Below are positions 49,465-64,000 of a DNA stretch of 64,000 nt, piece after piece; the first letter of the stretch is position 1, and every line of letters starts with the position of its first letter. The notes beneath the pieces are model-generated. The model saw nothing but the letters and a program-made list of their open reading frames with translations, did no database searches and was not told the DNA's origin. Source of the stretch: an uncultured Actinomycetota bacterium (GTDB lineage Bacteria; Actinomycetota; Actinomycetes; Mycobacteriales; Mycobacteriaceae); NCBI GenBank assembly GCA_963826365.1, contig CAWGXA010000014.1, forward strand, positions 285-64,284. Reading direction: 5' to 3'. The position numbers were made by a program, and so were the translations under genes.

Positions 49465-50502
49465 TCAGCCCGCGTCGCCCGACGATTTCGGTAGTCCCGC
49501 GGCGGCGATCTCTTCGTCGGTGGGCAATCGCAGCGACAACAGCCCGGCGTAGGTATCGGGTTCCAGTTCCACCTGGTTGACCGTGACGTGCACCGGCACC
49601 CAATCCGCGTCGTGACCGCGCATCCGCAGGACGCGGCTGGTTGGGCCCTTGCGGAATTCCTTGGACATCGACGACAGCATGTGCTGATCGTCGGGATGGA
49701 CCTTCGGCTTGTCGGCGCTGGCGCCGCGCCAGTCGTAGAAGGTGCACGGTTCGTCGAGCCACTTCAGCAGCGCCCAATTCTTGAGGTCGACAAGCGCCCG
49801 ATGGACTCCGGCCTGCTGCAGGCCGTTGAGAATTCGCTGCGCCAGATCGTCGGCGGATACCACCGGGCCCTTGAGTTCAGCTCGCCAGTTCATCGCCCGC
49901 GCGACCAGGTGTTCCCGGCCGTCGGCCCCGGGCTCCAGCGCACTGCGACCCACAAAACCTATCCGGATGGGGGTGCCCTGCCAATCGGTGAGATCCCAAG
50001 TGCTGCAGAGTGTTAGGCCGGGCTCGGCGCGGACCACCATGGCCAGCACCTTGGTTTCGTTCGGATTGAGCTCACGGGTTGGAAGGTCTTCGGCAAAGGC
50101 CCTGCCGAAAGTGACTTCGACATCGGGGTTCTTACCGCTGATGGCCAGCGACTCTCGGGTATCGGTGGCCACGCCGAGGGTCAGATCCCACTTCAGCGGA
50201 CCCGGAATCGGCCGCTCGGGCGGCTCCTCGTCGGCAGGGCCGGTCCACACATGCACCCCGTGCAGGCGCCCATCCGACATCACCACCGGTTCGGTGCGGA
50301 TAACGCGGTCGTGCTTGGGAGTGATGCTGGTCAGGCTTTGCCCGGTCTGCATCGACTCGGCAATCGCTGTTCGGACCGCGGAGAGATAGGGGCTGCGGCG
50401 CATGAATGTGGTGATCGGTACCAGATTCTTGAGTTGCCGCCCCTGCGCCACCACAGCGGGATCGCCCCCCAGCGTCTCCACGAGCAACCAGTCGTGGGTC
50501 AT
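49465..50502 (-). CDS. GAF/PAS-like domain protein (Rv3651 ortholog)
   Basis: MTHDWLLVETLG start, 345 aa, synteny. Confidence 0.85.
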   Translation of the reverse strand: MTHDWLLVETLGGDPAVVAQGRQLKNLVPITTFMRRSPYLSAVRTAIAESMQTGQSLTSITPKHDRVIRTEPVVMSDGRLHGVHVWTGPADEEPPERPIPGPLKWDLTLGVATDTRESLAISGKNPDVEVTFGRAFAEDLPTRELNPNETKVLAMVVRAEPGLTLCSTWDLTDWQGTPIRIGFVGRSALEPGADGREHLVARAMNWRAELKGPVVSADDLAQRILNGLQQAGVHRALVDLKNWALLKWLDEPCTFYDWRGASADKPKVHPDDQHMLSSMSKEFRKGPTSRVLRMRGHDADWVPVHVTVNQVELEPDTYAGLLSLRLPTDEEIAAAGLPKSSGDAG

Positions 50503-50784
50503 AGCGTCGAGTTTAGGCGGCCAGGGAAGTGATTTGGGGCTGCGCGGGCAGCGGTTTGGGTTTGCAAAGGCGATCGCGGCCTTGATAGCTTTCTGCTGCG
50601 CCCGCTTAGTCGGGACTTGCGAACGGCCCGTGTTGTCCGACCGTTCGCCGCGCTGTGCGACGGCACGCTGGCATTTCTTAGCGAAGAAGAATTGCATTTC
50701 CGCAGACGGCCGACGCGACGCAGATCCGTGGAGGTCGACCGTCGAGGGGTCGGTCGCCATCCGCCGGATTGCTCGGCGCGACAG

Positions 50785-53118
50785 CTATGGCAGCTGCGCA
50801 AGGACCAGTCGAAGCACCTGCACGGCACCGGCCTTGTCCAGCGGGTCGTTGCCATTGCCACATTTAGGGGACTGCACGCACGACGGGCAACCTCGGGGGC
50901 ATTCGCATGCCTCGATGGCCGCGGCCGTCGCGCCCAGCCAGGTGCGGGCGCGCCGGAAGCCGCGTTCAGCAAATCCTGCCCCACCCGGATAGCCGTCGTA
51001 GACAAAGACACTGGGCAGCCCCAACGCATCGGGACCGACTGCGGTGGACAAGCCGCCGATATCACCGCGGTCGCAGCTGGCCACCAACGGCAGCAGGCCA
51101 ATGGCGGCGTGCTCGGCGGCGTGTAGTGAGCCCGGAATCCGTGTCATATCGATCCCGTTGTCGCACAACGTATCCGGTGTAATCGTGTACATCACCGCGG
51201 TGGTGGACAGGGTGTGTTCGGGCATCTGTAGCTCGATGAAGTCGATGACCTCTCCGGAAAGCAGCCGGCGCAGATACCCCACCACCTGGTGGGTTACCGT
51301 GACCGGCACCAAACCCAGCGTGACGGGGCCGTACGTCAGGCGCTCGCCGGCGCCGGTGAGCGCGATGTCGGTGATTTCGCGAGCGAACGTCGCATAACCG
51401 GGATCTTCGGCGTGCACGAACACGATCCCGTCCTCGAAATCCAGCGAGTCGACGACATAACTGTCGCCCTGGTGCAGATACACCGCCCCCGGATGCACCG
51501 AGGCCGGCGCCTGGCCGACGCCGGTGCTGCCCAATAGCCGCCCGGTGTCGGCCTCCACGATGACGATCTGGCCGCCCGCTGAGCCCCGGATATCCACCGC
51601 GCCATGCGGTTCTAGGCCGGGCACGGGGAAATACTTGTCGTTGCGCCGGCGCAGCAACCCGTCGTCGACCAGGCCCTCGACCACGTCCACCGCGTTGAAG
51701 TTCCGCACCTCGGTCTCGCTAAGAGGAAATTCGGTTGCGGCACAGAGAAGTTGGGGTCCCAGAATGTACGGGTTAGCGGGGTCGATGACCACGCGCTCTA
51801 CCGGCTTGTCCAGCAACGCGGCCGGGTTGTGCACCAGATAAGTGTCCAGCGGGTCGTCACGGGCGATCAGCACCACCAATGCCCCCTGGCCGCGGCGGCC
51901 CGACCGGCCGGCCTGCTGCCAGAACGAGGCCACCGTTCCGGGGAACCCGGCGAGCACCACCGCGTCCAGCCCGGCGATGTCGACACCCAACTCCAGCGCA
52001 TTGGTGGTGGCCAGCCCGCGTAGCCGGCCCTCGGCCAGATCTCGCTCCAACGCATTGCGGTCCTCGGCGAGGTAACCCGCCCGATACGACGCCACGGTGT
52101 GCGACAGCTCCGGGGCGATATCGCCCAGCCGCGCCTGGGCACCCAGCGCGGTCAGTTCGGCGGCGCGCCGGGACCGGACGAAGGTCAAGGTCTGAGCGCC
52201 CTCGGCGACCAGGTCAGCCATCACCCGGGCGGCCTCGGCACCCGCGGAGCGCCGCACCGGGGCCCCGTTCTCGCCGGTGAGGTCGGCCCGCAGGGCGGGC
52301 TCCCACAGCGCCACGGTGCGGGCACCCTGGGGTGAGCCGTCGTCGACGACTTCTTCGACCGGCGCTCCGATCAGTTCGGCCGCCGTCGTGCCCGGCGAAT
52401 CCGTCGTCGCGCTGGCGAAGATGAAGGTCGGCTGGGACTCAGGTCGAGCCGCGTAACGTGCGCACAGCCGCAACAGGCGGCGCAGCACCATTGCCACGTT
52501 CGAGCCGAAAACGCCGCGGTAGTAATGACATTCGTCGACGACCACGAATCGCAGCCCCCGCAGCAGCACAGCCCAGCGGGCATGATTGCGCAATATCGAC
52601 AGATGGATCATGTCGGGATTGGAAAACAGCCATCGGGAGTGTTCCCGGGCGAAGCGGCGAATCTCGGCGGGGCTGTCACCGTCGTAGGCCGTGGGTGCCA
52701 CTGCGAGACCGGGAGCGGCCAGCCGCGGCACGGCCGAGGTCAGGGCGTGCGCGGCGCGCAGCTGGTCGTGCCCGAGCGCTTTCGTCGGCGACAGATACAG
52801 CACCCGGGCCCGCGGGTCGGTCGCGAGCGCGTTGAGGACCGGAAGTTGATAAGCCAGGGACTTGCCCGACGCGGTGCCGGTGCTGACCACGACGTGCTGG
52901 CCGGCGTGGGCCAGCTCCGCGGCCTGCGCCTGGTGTGACCACGGGGCGCTGATGCCGCGGTCGGTGAACGCCTGGACCACGTCGGGCTCGGCCCAGTCCG
53001 GCCAACTGTGTGGCCGTCCGCTGCGGGCGGCCAGCTCGGCGACGTGGCGTAGCGGATGCTCGCCCGCCGTGGTGCCGGCGAGCGCGACAGCAAGCAGGTC
53101 GCTGCCGAAACTCGCCAC
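50785..53118 (-). CDS. DEAD/DEAH helicase with C-terminal DUF1998 Zn domain (Rv3649/SftH ortholog)
   Basis: TGTASGKS, DECH, QAGRSGR, CECPRGCPSC. Confidence 0.9.
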   Translation of the reverse strand: MASFGSDLLAVALAGTTAGEHPLRHVAELAARSGRPHSWPDWAEPDVVQAFTDRGISAPWSHQAQAAELAHAGQHVVVSTGTASGKSLAYQLPVLNALATDPRARVLYLSPTKALGHDQLRAAHALTSAVPRLAAPGLAVAPTAYDGDSPAEIRRFAREHSRWLFSNPDMIHLSILRNHARWAVLLRGLRFVVVDECHYYRGVFGSNVAMVLRRLLRLCARYAARPESQPTFIFASATTDSPGTTAAELIGAPVEEVVDDGSPQGARTVALWEPALRADLTGENGAPVRRSAGAEAARVMADLVAEGAQTLTFVRSRRAAELTALGAQARLGDIAPELSHTVASYRAGYLAEDRNALERDLAEGRLRGLATTNALELGVDIAGLDAVVLAGFPGTVASFWQQAGRSGRRGQGALVVLIARDDPLDTYLVHNPAALLDKPVERVVIDPANPYILGPQLLCAATEFPLSETEVRNFNAVDVVEGLVDDGLLRRRNDKYFPVPGLEPHGAVDIRGSAGGQIVIVEADTGRLLGSTGVGQAPASVHPGAVYLHQGDSYVVDSLDFEDGIVFVHAEDPGYATFAREITDIALTGAGERLTYGPVTLGLVPVTVTHQVVGYLRRLLSGEVIDFIELQMPEHTLSTTAVMYTITPDTLCDNGIDMTRIPGSLHAAEHAAIGLLPLVASCDRGDIGGLSTAVGPDALGLPSVFVYDGYPGGAGFAERGFRRARTWLGATAAAIEACECPRGCPSCVQSPKCGNGNDPLDKAGAVQVLRLVLAQLP

Positions 53119-53365
53119 CTCACGCCCTCCAAGAATCCGTCGAGGATTGAAGTCTGTCGCCGACGCCACGAACGTGGTTGGATGATTGCGGTCGCAGCTT
53201 CTGTGTTCGTGTCAAACTTTCGCAGGATCGACGTTGCGGCCGCGGTTCCTGCGAGGTTATCGGTCGGGTGTAGTTCCGGCGAATCCGCGAGGTATGGCGG
53301 TCGTAGCTGGCCCGGGGCATCGAAAGGCGATGCACCGCACACCGAAGTAAAGGAAAGATCGAGAA

Positions 53366-53569
53366 ATGCCACAGGGAACTGTGAAGTGGTTCAACGCGGA
53401 AAAGGGGTTCGGCTTCATCGCCCCAGAAGATGGTTCCGCAGATGTCTTTGTCCACTACACGGAGATCCAGGGTTCGGGCTTCCGCACCCTTGAAGAGAAC
53501 CAGAAGGTCGAGTTCGAGATCGGCCACAGCCCTAAGGGCCCCCAGGCCACCGGAGTCCGCTCCGTCTAA
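53366..53569 (+). CDS. cspA: Cold-shock protein
   Basis: [17 protein letters not shown]. Confidence 0.97.
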   Translation: MPQGTVKWFNAEKGFGFIAPEDGSADVFVHYTEIQGSGFRTLEENQKVEFEIGHSPKGPQATGVRSV

Positions 53570-53589
53570 ACCGAGCAGATTCCGACGTC

Positions 53590-53634
53590 AACCCCCCGTA
53601 CTGGCCCGCTCAGCGGTTCAGGCGGGGGGTTTTC
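53590..53634 (+). terminator. Intrinsic terminator of cspA
   Basis: AACCCCCCG...CGGGGGGTT stem followed by a T run. Confidence 0.8.
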
Positions 53635-53712
53635 ATTCCATATTCACTGCTTCGCAACCTTCGCCCGCACGCCTGAAGGCAAGGATCGGCGACCTGGCTT
53701 ACTGTCGGTGAG

Positions 53713-54303
53713 GTGAGCCAGCTCTCCTTCTTCACTGCGGAGTCGGTACCGCCTGCGGTCGCCGATCTTTGTGGGGTGCTGGCGGCTTCCGGGCAGATCG
53801 TGAAGGTCGGCACGTCGGACGATGCGGGCGCCCGGCTTTCGGTGGTGGTGGACCAGCTTTGGCGTGCCTCGGCGCTGGCCGAAATGATCCGGGAGGCGGG
53901 GATGGCGCCCGAGATCGGCCGCACCGAGGAGGGCACTCCGTTGGTGCGGACGGCGGTCGATCGCTCCTTGACCTCGATCGCCGCGGAATGGACGCGCGGC
54001 GCGGTCAAGACGGTGCCGCCCCGGTGGCTGCCCGGGCCGCGTGAGCTGCGGGCATGGACCCTTGCGGCTGGCAGTCCCGAGAGCGACCACTATCTGCTGG
54101 GTCTGGATCCACACGCCCCGGACACCCATTCGCCGTTGGCGTCCGCCCTGATGAGGGTGGGGATTGCGCCTACCCTCATCGGTACCCGAGGCGCTCGGCC
54201 TGCGCTGCGCATTACCGGCCGTCGCCGGCTATCGCGCCTGGTAGAGAACGTGGGGGAACCCCCAGCCGAGGCGGAGGCGTTGCCGCTGTGGCCTCGGGTT
54301 TAG
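53713..54303 (+). CDS. Conserved hypothetical protein (Rv3647c ortholog)
   Basis: MSQLSFFTAES start, LRAWTLAAG, synteny. Confidence 0.8.
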   Translation: MSQLSFFTAESVPPAVADLCGVLAASGQIVKVGTSDDAGARLSVVVDQLWRASALAEMIREAGMAPEIGRTEEGTPLVRTAVDRSLTSIAAEWTRGAVKTVPPRWLPGPRELRAWTLAAGSPESDHYLLGLDPHAPDTHSPLASALMRVGIAPTLIGTRGARPALRITGRRRLSRLVENVGEPPAEAEALPLWPRV

Positions 54304-54544
54304 GCTGGCGTCCCTGAATGCCCGACCGAGTCGTTGCATTGGGGTCAAACGGGGGGCGGGGACCTGCTTTTTCAGTGAGTCGGTTTGCGTGAGCCCGCCC
54401 ATGGGTGCGAAATTGTCAGGTGCCCGAAACGGAAGGAACGTCGGCGTATCTGAATTTCACCGGAATTTCGGGTGTCCGCCTGTCATTCTTCCTGCAGGGC
54501 GGTCTCGTGCCGAGGCCGGGACAAGGGATGGAGCGTAAGCGCAG

Positions 54545-57346
<2,802 letters not shown>

Positions 57347-57353
57347 TTCGCCT

Positions 57354-58997
57354 CTAGTAGCCCGGGCCGATCGACTCAGAGGACGCTCGTTGTGCGGCCG
57401 CCCGGTTCGCGGTTGCCCTGGCGGCCCGTCCCTCGGCGCTGGCCGCCAGATTCAACGGCCGGGCCAGCTGAGTGGGTGCCGAGCGTCCGCGCAGTTCGAC
57501 GATTTCGCCGACGTCCCAGCACAGGGCCTCGGCATCCAGCGCGCCGCTGACCGCGATCGCCGAGGCGAGTACGTGTCCGGCCTCGAGTTTGGCCAGCTCG
57601 GTAAGCCGTGCCGCTTCGTTGACCGGGTCGCCGATCACGGTGTACTCGAAGCGGGCCTGCGCGCCGATGTGGCCGGCAATGGCCCGGCCGGACGACACCC
57701 CGATCCCGAACTCCGCGGTACCGATCACCGGAAGGAGTTCGTCGTGCAGCTCGCGGGCTGCGGCCAGGGCGCCACCGGGCGCGTCCGGGTGTTCGATGGG
57801 CGCGCCGAAGATCGCCAGCGCCGCGTCACCCTGGAACTTGTTGACGAAGCCGCCGTGCTTGGCGACGGTGTCCACGACCACCCGGAAGAACTCGTTGAGT
57901 AGGTGAACCACCTCGGCCGGTGGTCGGGTCGCCGCCAGCTGGGTGGAGCCGACTAGATCCACGAACAGCACCGCGACATCGCGCTCCTGCCCACCCAACT
58001 CGGTGCCGCGCTCCAGCGCTCGACGGGCCACGTCCTCGCCGACGTAGCGACCGAACAGGTCACGCAATCGCTGCCGCTCGGACAGATCGCGCACCATGTC
58101 GTTGAAGCCCGCCTGCAGCAGGCCGAGCTCGCTGGCGTCGTAGATCTGCATGTGGGCGTTGTAGTTACCGCGCTGCACCTCGCTCAGCGCCCAGCGCAGC
58201 TGACGCAGTGGGTCGGCGATCGACATGGCCACCAGCAGGGTGCTGACGAAACCGATGGCCAGCGCCGCCAAGGCCAGCAACAGGATGGGGGTGAACAACC
58301 TCTCCGGGGTGGCGTGCAGCAGCGAAGCCTTGTCGGCCACCACCGCCAGCACGATCGCCAGCACCGGCACGGCGGTGGACAGCGTCCAGGTCAGCAGCTG
58401 TCGCAAGATGACGCCGGGGGCCTTGACGTTCTCTGGCACACCGCTGCGCAGCGCGGCGACCGCCACCGGGCGCAGTACCCGCTCGGATTGCAGGTAGCCG
58501 ATGATCGAGGTCGCGGCGGCGCCCAGCGCGGTGGCGACCGCCACCACGGGCGCCGCGTAGCGGGCTACCGACCAGCTGGCCAGGACGAAGATCGCACCGC
58601 CGATGCACCAGGACACCACGCTGGTCAGCGTGCGATAGAAGGGCATCCGCAACGCCCGGCTACGCGCCAGTTCGGTGGCGGCCGGGTCAGTCTCGGTGAG
58701 CAGATTGTCGCGGCGCTGCCAGCGGAAAACCGGCATCAGCAGCCGAAGGTTCACCACCCATCCGGCCCCGACCAGGACGACGAGCGAGCCAGCAAAGACC
58801 GTCAAGTTGAGGGTTGGTAGGTCTTGGAGTTGAATGCGGTCCTGGGGAGGCAGGCCGTAGCGCAGGAAGCCAAGCACGAACAAGGCGCCGATGATGTCGG
58901 CCTGCAGCATGCTCAGCTGGAACAGCGGCCACGGGGTACGCACCACCCACCGAGCGAATCCATTGATTCGCCCGGGCAGTGCTGCCCTGTTCGCCAC
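57354..58997 (-). CDS. Membrane HAMP-domain class III adenylate cyclase (Rv3645 ortholog)
   Basis: LFVDLVGST, KFQGDA, TVIGDPVNEAARL. Confidence 0.92.
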   Translation of the reverse strand: MANRAALPGRINGFARWVVRTPWPLFQLSMLQADIIGALFVLGFLRYGLPPQDRIQLQDLPTLNLTVFAGSLVVLVGAGWVVNLRLLMPVFRWQRRDNLLTETDPAATELARSRALRMPFYRTLTSVVSWCIGGAIFVLASWSVARYAAPVVAVATALGAAATSIIGYLQSERVLRPVAVAALRSGVPENVKAPGVILRQLLTWTLSTAVPVLAIVLAVVADKASLLHATPERLFTPILLLALAALAIGFVSTLLVAMSIADPLRQLRWALSEVQRGNYNAHMQIYDASELGLLQAGFNDMVRDLSERQRLRDLFGRYVGEDVARRALERGTELGGQERDVAVLFVDLVGSTQLAATRPPAEVVHLLNEFFRVVVDTVAKHGGFVNKFQGDAALAIFGAPIEHPDAPGGALAAARELHDELLPVIGTAEFGIGVSSGRAIAGHIGAQARFEYTVIGDPVNEAARLTELAKLEAGHVLASAIAVSGALDAEALCWDVGEIVELRGRSAPTQLARPLNLAASAEGRAARATANRAAAQRASSESIGPGY

Positions 58998-59151
58998 CTG
59001 CCCACCGTATCGGTCGGGGGGGACTTGTTGGAAACCTCTAATTGGCCGGGCAAGTCGCTGGAACCTGGCAAAACACCGGAAAGATCACGGAATTGTCGCG
59101 ATACGGTTGCCATCCGGTACACGTCGGCCGGTGTCACTACTGTTGCCGTTG

Positions 59152-60369
59152 ATGTCCGGAGTGTTTACGCGGCTGGTAGGCCAGCAAGCGGTAGAGGCCG
59201 AGCTGCTCAGCGCCGCGAAGGCGGCCCGTCGTGATCCTGTTCACAGCGAAGTGGACCACGGGACTATGACACATGCCTGGCTGATCACCGGCCCGCCCGG
59301 GTCGGGGCGCTCGGTGGCGGCATTGTGCTTTGCGGCCGCGCTGCAATGCACGTCTGCCGCTGAAGACGGCGGCCCTGGCTGCGGACAGTGCCGGGCGTGC
59401 GCGACGACGATGGCCGGCACTCATGCCGACGTCCGGCGGGTGATTCCCGAAGGTCTGTCCATCGGCGTGGACGAGATGCGCGCCATTGTGCAGATCGCCT
59501 CGCGCCGCCCGTCGACCGGGCACTGGCAGATCGTGGTGATCGAAGACGCCGATCGGCTGACCGAAGGCGCCGGCAACGCGCTGTTGAAAGTGGTCGAGGA
59601 GCCGCCGCCGTCGACGGTGTTCTTACTGTGCGCGCCGTCGGTGGATCCCGAGGACATCGCCGTCACGCTGCGGTCCCGGTGTCGGCATGTCGCGCTGGTG
59701 ACACCGTCGACCGAGGCGATCGCGCGCGTGCTGGTCGACAGCGACGGCCTGGCCACCGACACCGCGGCCTGGGCGGCGTCGGTCAGCGGAGGTCATGTCG
59801 GGCGGGCACGCCGGCTGGCCACCGACCCGGAGGCCCGGCAGCGCCGGGAGCGGGCGCTGGGATTGGTGCGCGACGCCGCGACCCCGGCGCGGGCCTACGA
59901 AGCTGCCGAGGAATTGGTGGCCGCGGCCGAGACCGAGGCGGTGGTGTTGACCGCTGATCGTGCCGAGGCCGAGACCGAAGAGCTGCGCACGGCGCTGGGG
60001 GCCGGAGGAACCGGGAAGGGCACCGCCGGGTCCATGCGCGGCGCCTCGGGCGCGATCAAGGACCTGGAGCGGCGGCAGAAGTCCCGGCAGACGCGGGCGG
60101 GGCGCGATGCGCTGGACCGGGCGCTGATCGACCTGGCGACGTATTTCCGGGATGCCCTGCTGGTTTCGTCCAACGCGGGGACGGTGCAGGCCAACCACCC
60201 CGACATGGCCGAGCGGGTGGCGGCATTGGCCGCCCACGCCACCCCGGATCGACTGTTGCGCTGTATCGAAGCGGTGCTGGCATGCCGTGAAGCGCTGGCC
60301 GTCAACGTCAAGCCCAAGTTCGCCGTCGATGCCATGGTCGCCACCATCGGCCAAGAGCTGCGTGATTGA
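59152..60369 (+). CDS. holB: DNA polymerase III subunit delta' (Rv3644c ortholog)
   Basis: GPPGSGRS, CGQCRAC zinc motif, NALLKVVEEPP, SRC. Confidence 0.88.
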   Translation: MSGVFTRLVGQQAVEAELLSAAKAARRDPVHSEVDHGTMTHAWLITGPPGSGRSVAALCFAAALQCTSAAEDGGPGCGQCRACATTMAGTHADVRRVIPEGLSIGVDEMRAIVQIASRRPSTGHWQIVVIEDADRLTEGAGNALLKVVEEPPPSTVFLLCAPSVDPEDIAVTLRSRCRHVALVTPSTEAIARVLVDSDGLATDTAAWAASVSGGHVGRARRLATDPEARQRRERALGLVRDAATPARAYEAAEELVAAAETEAVVLTADRAEAETEELRTALGAGGTGKGTAGSMRGASGAIKDLERRQKSRQTRAGRDALDRALIDLATYFRDALLVSSNAGTVQANHPDMAERVAALAAHATPDRLLRCIEAVLACREALAVNVKPKFAVDAMVATIGQELRD

Positions 60370-60398
60370 TACACTCGTGCCGCCCGGCGTGCCGGTGT

Positions 60399-60474
60399 GC
60401 CGCCTTAGCTCAGTTGGTAGAGCGATTCACTCGTAATGAATAGGTCGGGGGTTCGATTCCCCCAGGCGGCTCCA
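60399..60474 (+). tRNA. tRNA-Thr (CGT)
   Basis: GCCGCCTTAGCTCAGTTGGTAGAGCGATTCACTCGTAATGAATAGGTCGGGGGTTCGATTCCCCCAGGCGGCTCCA. Confidence 0.97.
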
Positions 60475-60550
60475 TTAATTTCACCGTGAGTTGGATCACC
60501 ATTACCCCCGTTCCGGGCAGCGTTTTTACTGCTCGCTTGTTGGCAATCAC

Positions 60551-60835
60551 ATGAGCGAGATCAATGGCAGCGAGTACAAAGAGTCGCGTTTCCCGGCCGG
60601 CGAGGTGGTCTGGAGCGCGTTGGGAATCATCGTGGTGCTGGCCTTCGGCGACCTTTTCGTGCTGTTGGGTCTCGCGGCGGCGATCGTGATCATGGCCACC
60701 GCCTGGTGGACGTACCGGAGCACCGCGCACCGCGGACAGCACACCAGCGACGCCGAGTGGGCTTCGGTGACCCAACTGCGCCCAGCGGCGGCGGTCCAAT
60801 ATGACCTGCCCTGGACTGGGCCCAGCGCCGCTTAA
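60551..60835 (+). CDS. Small membrane hypothetical protein
   Basis: 94 aa with a long hydrophobic stretch. Confidence 0.55.
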   Translation: MSEINGSEYKESRFPAGEVVWSALGIIVVLAFGDLFVLLGLAAAIVIMATAWWTYRSTAHRGQHTSDAEWASVTQLRPAAAVQYDLPWTGPSAA

Positions 60836-60882
60836 AAACCAGGCAGCAATAAATTCCTGGTCAGCACCGTCCAAGCGGTGGC

Positions 60883-61281
60883 ATGGTCAAGGGTGTGACG
60901 GCGTCCATACTTCGTGTGCTGGTAGGGATGTTTGTCGTCTTGGTTGGAAGTGCTTCTATGCCAAGCGATATCGCGTGGGCTGACGCGGCGCCTGCCAAGA
61001 TCGACGCCAGCTTCAAGTTCGTCACCTATGACTGCGGCGGTCAATCGCCGATCAGAATTGTGGGCGAGGACTCCACCATCACCTTGAACGGCTCGTGTGG
61101 CGAGGTCGACATCAGCGGGACCGCGAACACGGTCAATCTGCAGACCGTGGCCGCCATCTTGGCCACCGGCACGGGCAACCACATCACCTGGGAGAAAGCG
61201 GCGGGCGGCGCCGTCCCGCAAATCAGCAACCCCAGCGGGAGCAACGACATCCACGGACCGGGCGGCCTGCAGACCACCTGA
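60883..61281 (+). CDS. Secreted DUF3060-like protein
   Basis: Signal peptide; YDC...ITLNGSCGEVDISGTANTV beta repeats. Confidence 0.7.
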   Translation: MVKGVTASILRVLVGMFVVLVGSASMPSDIAWADAAPAKIDASFKFVTYDCGGQSPIRIVGEDSTITLNGSCGEVDISGTANTVNLQTVAAILATGTGNHITWEKAAGGAVPQISNPSGSNDIHGPGGLQTT

Positions 61282-61293
61282 TTGAGGCGGCGC

Positions 61294-64000
<2,707 letters not shown>

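Overview
Slow-growing Mycobacterium chromosome (non-tuberculosis-complex lineage is an inference). Bases ~17.4-64 kb are core genome collinear with M. tuberculosis Rv3684 down to Rv3634c: cds1, ponA2, whiB4, ArsA/Get3-like ATPase pair, crp, nth, marP, acs, dppABCD, Ms1 and 6C RNAs, ssd-tad locus, helicase, cspA, topA, adenylate cyclase, DNA pol III delta', tRNA-Thr and galE1. Bases 1-17.3 kb are an accessory island lying directly 3' of tRNA-Pro(CGG), with a multiply broken tyrosine integrase next to the tRNA. The island carries an unusual, partly decayed biosynthetic system with no multimodular NRPS or PKS in the window. It encodes a carrier protein with a GLTS motif, a shortened DUF1839-like gene, a dedicated AcpS, a stand-alone adenylation enzyme, two intact ATP-grasp ligases, a two-domain alpha/beta hydrolase, a PaiB/KtzT-family protein and a PaaK-like ligase. 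It also has a tight operon of CreE-like flavoprotein (frameshifted), ATP-grasp, MetA-fold acyltransferase and MetY-like PLP enzyme. Frameshifted relics of a GNAT, a second AcpS and a third ATP-grasp, plus a RicR/CsoR-like operator, were found by reading outside the ORF track. All family calls come from motif recognition by eye; no searches were run.
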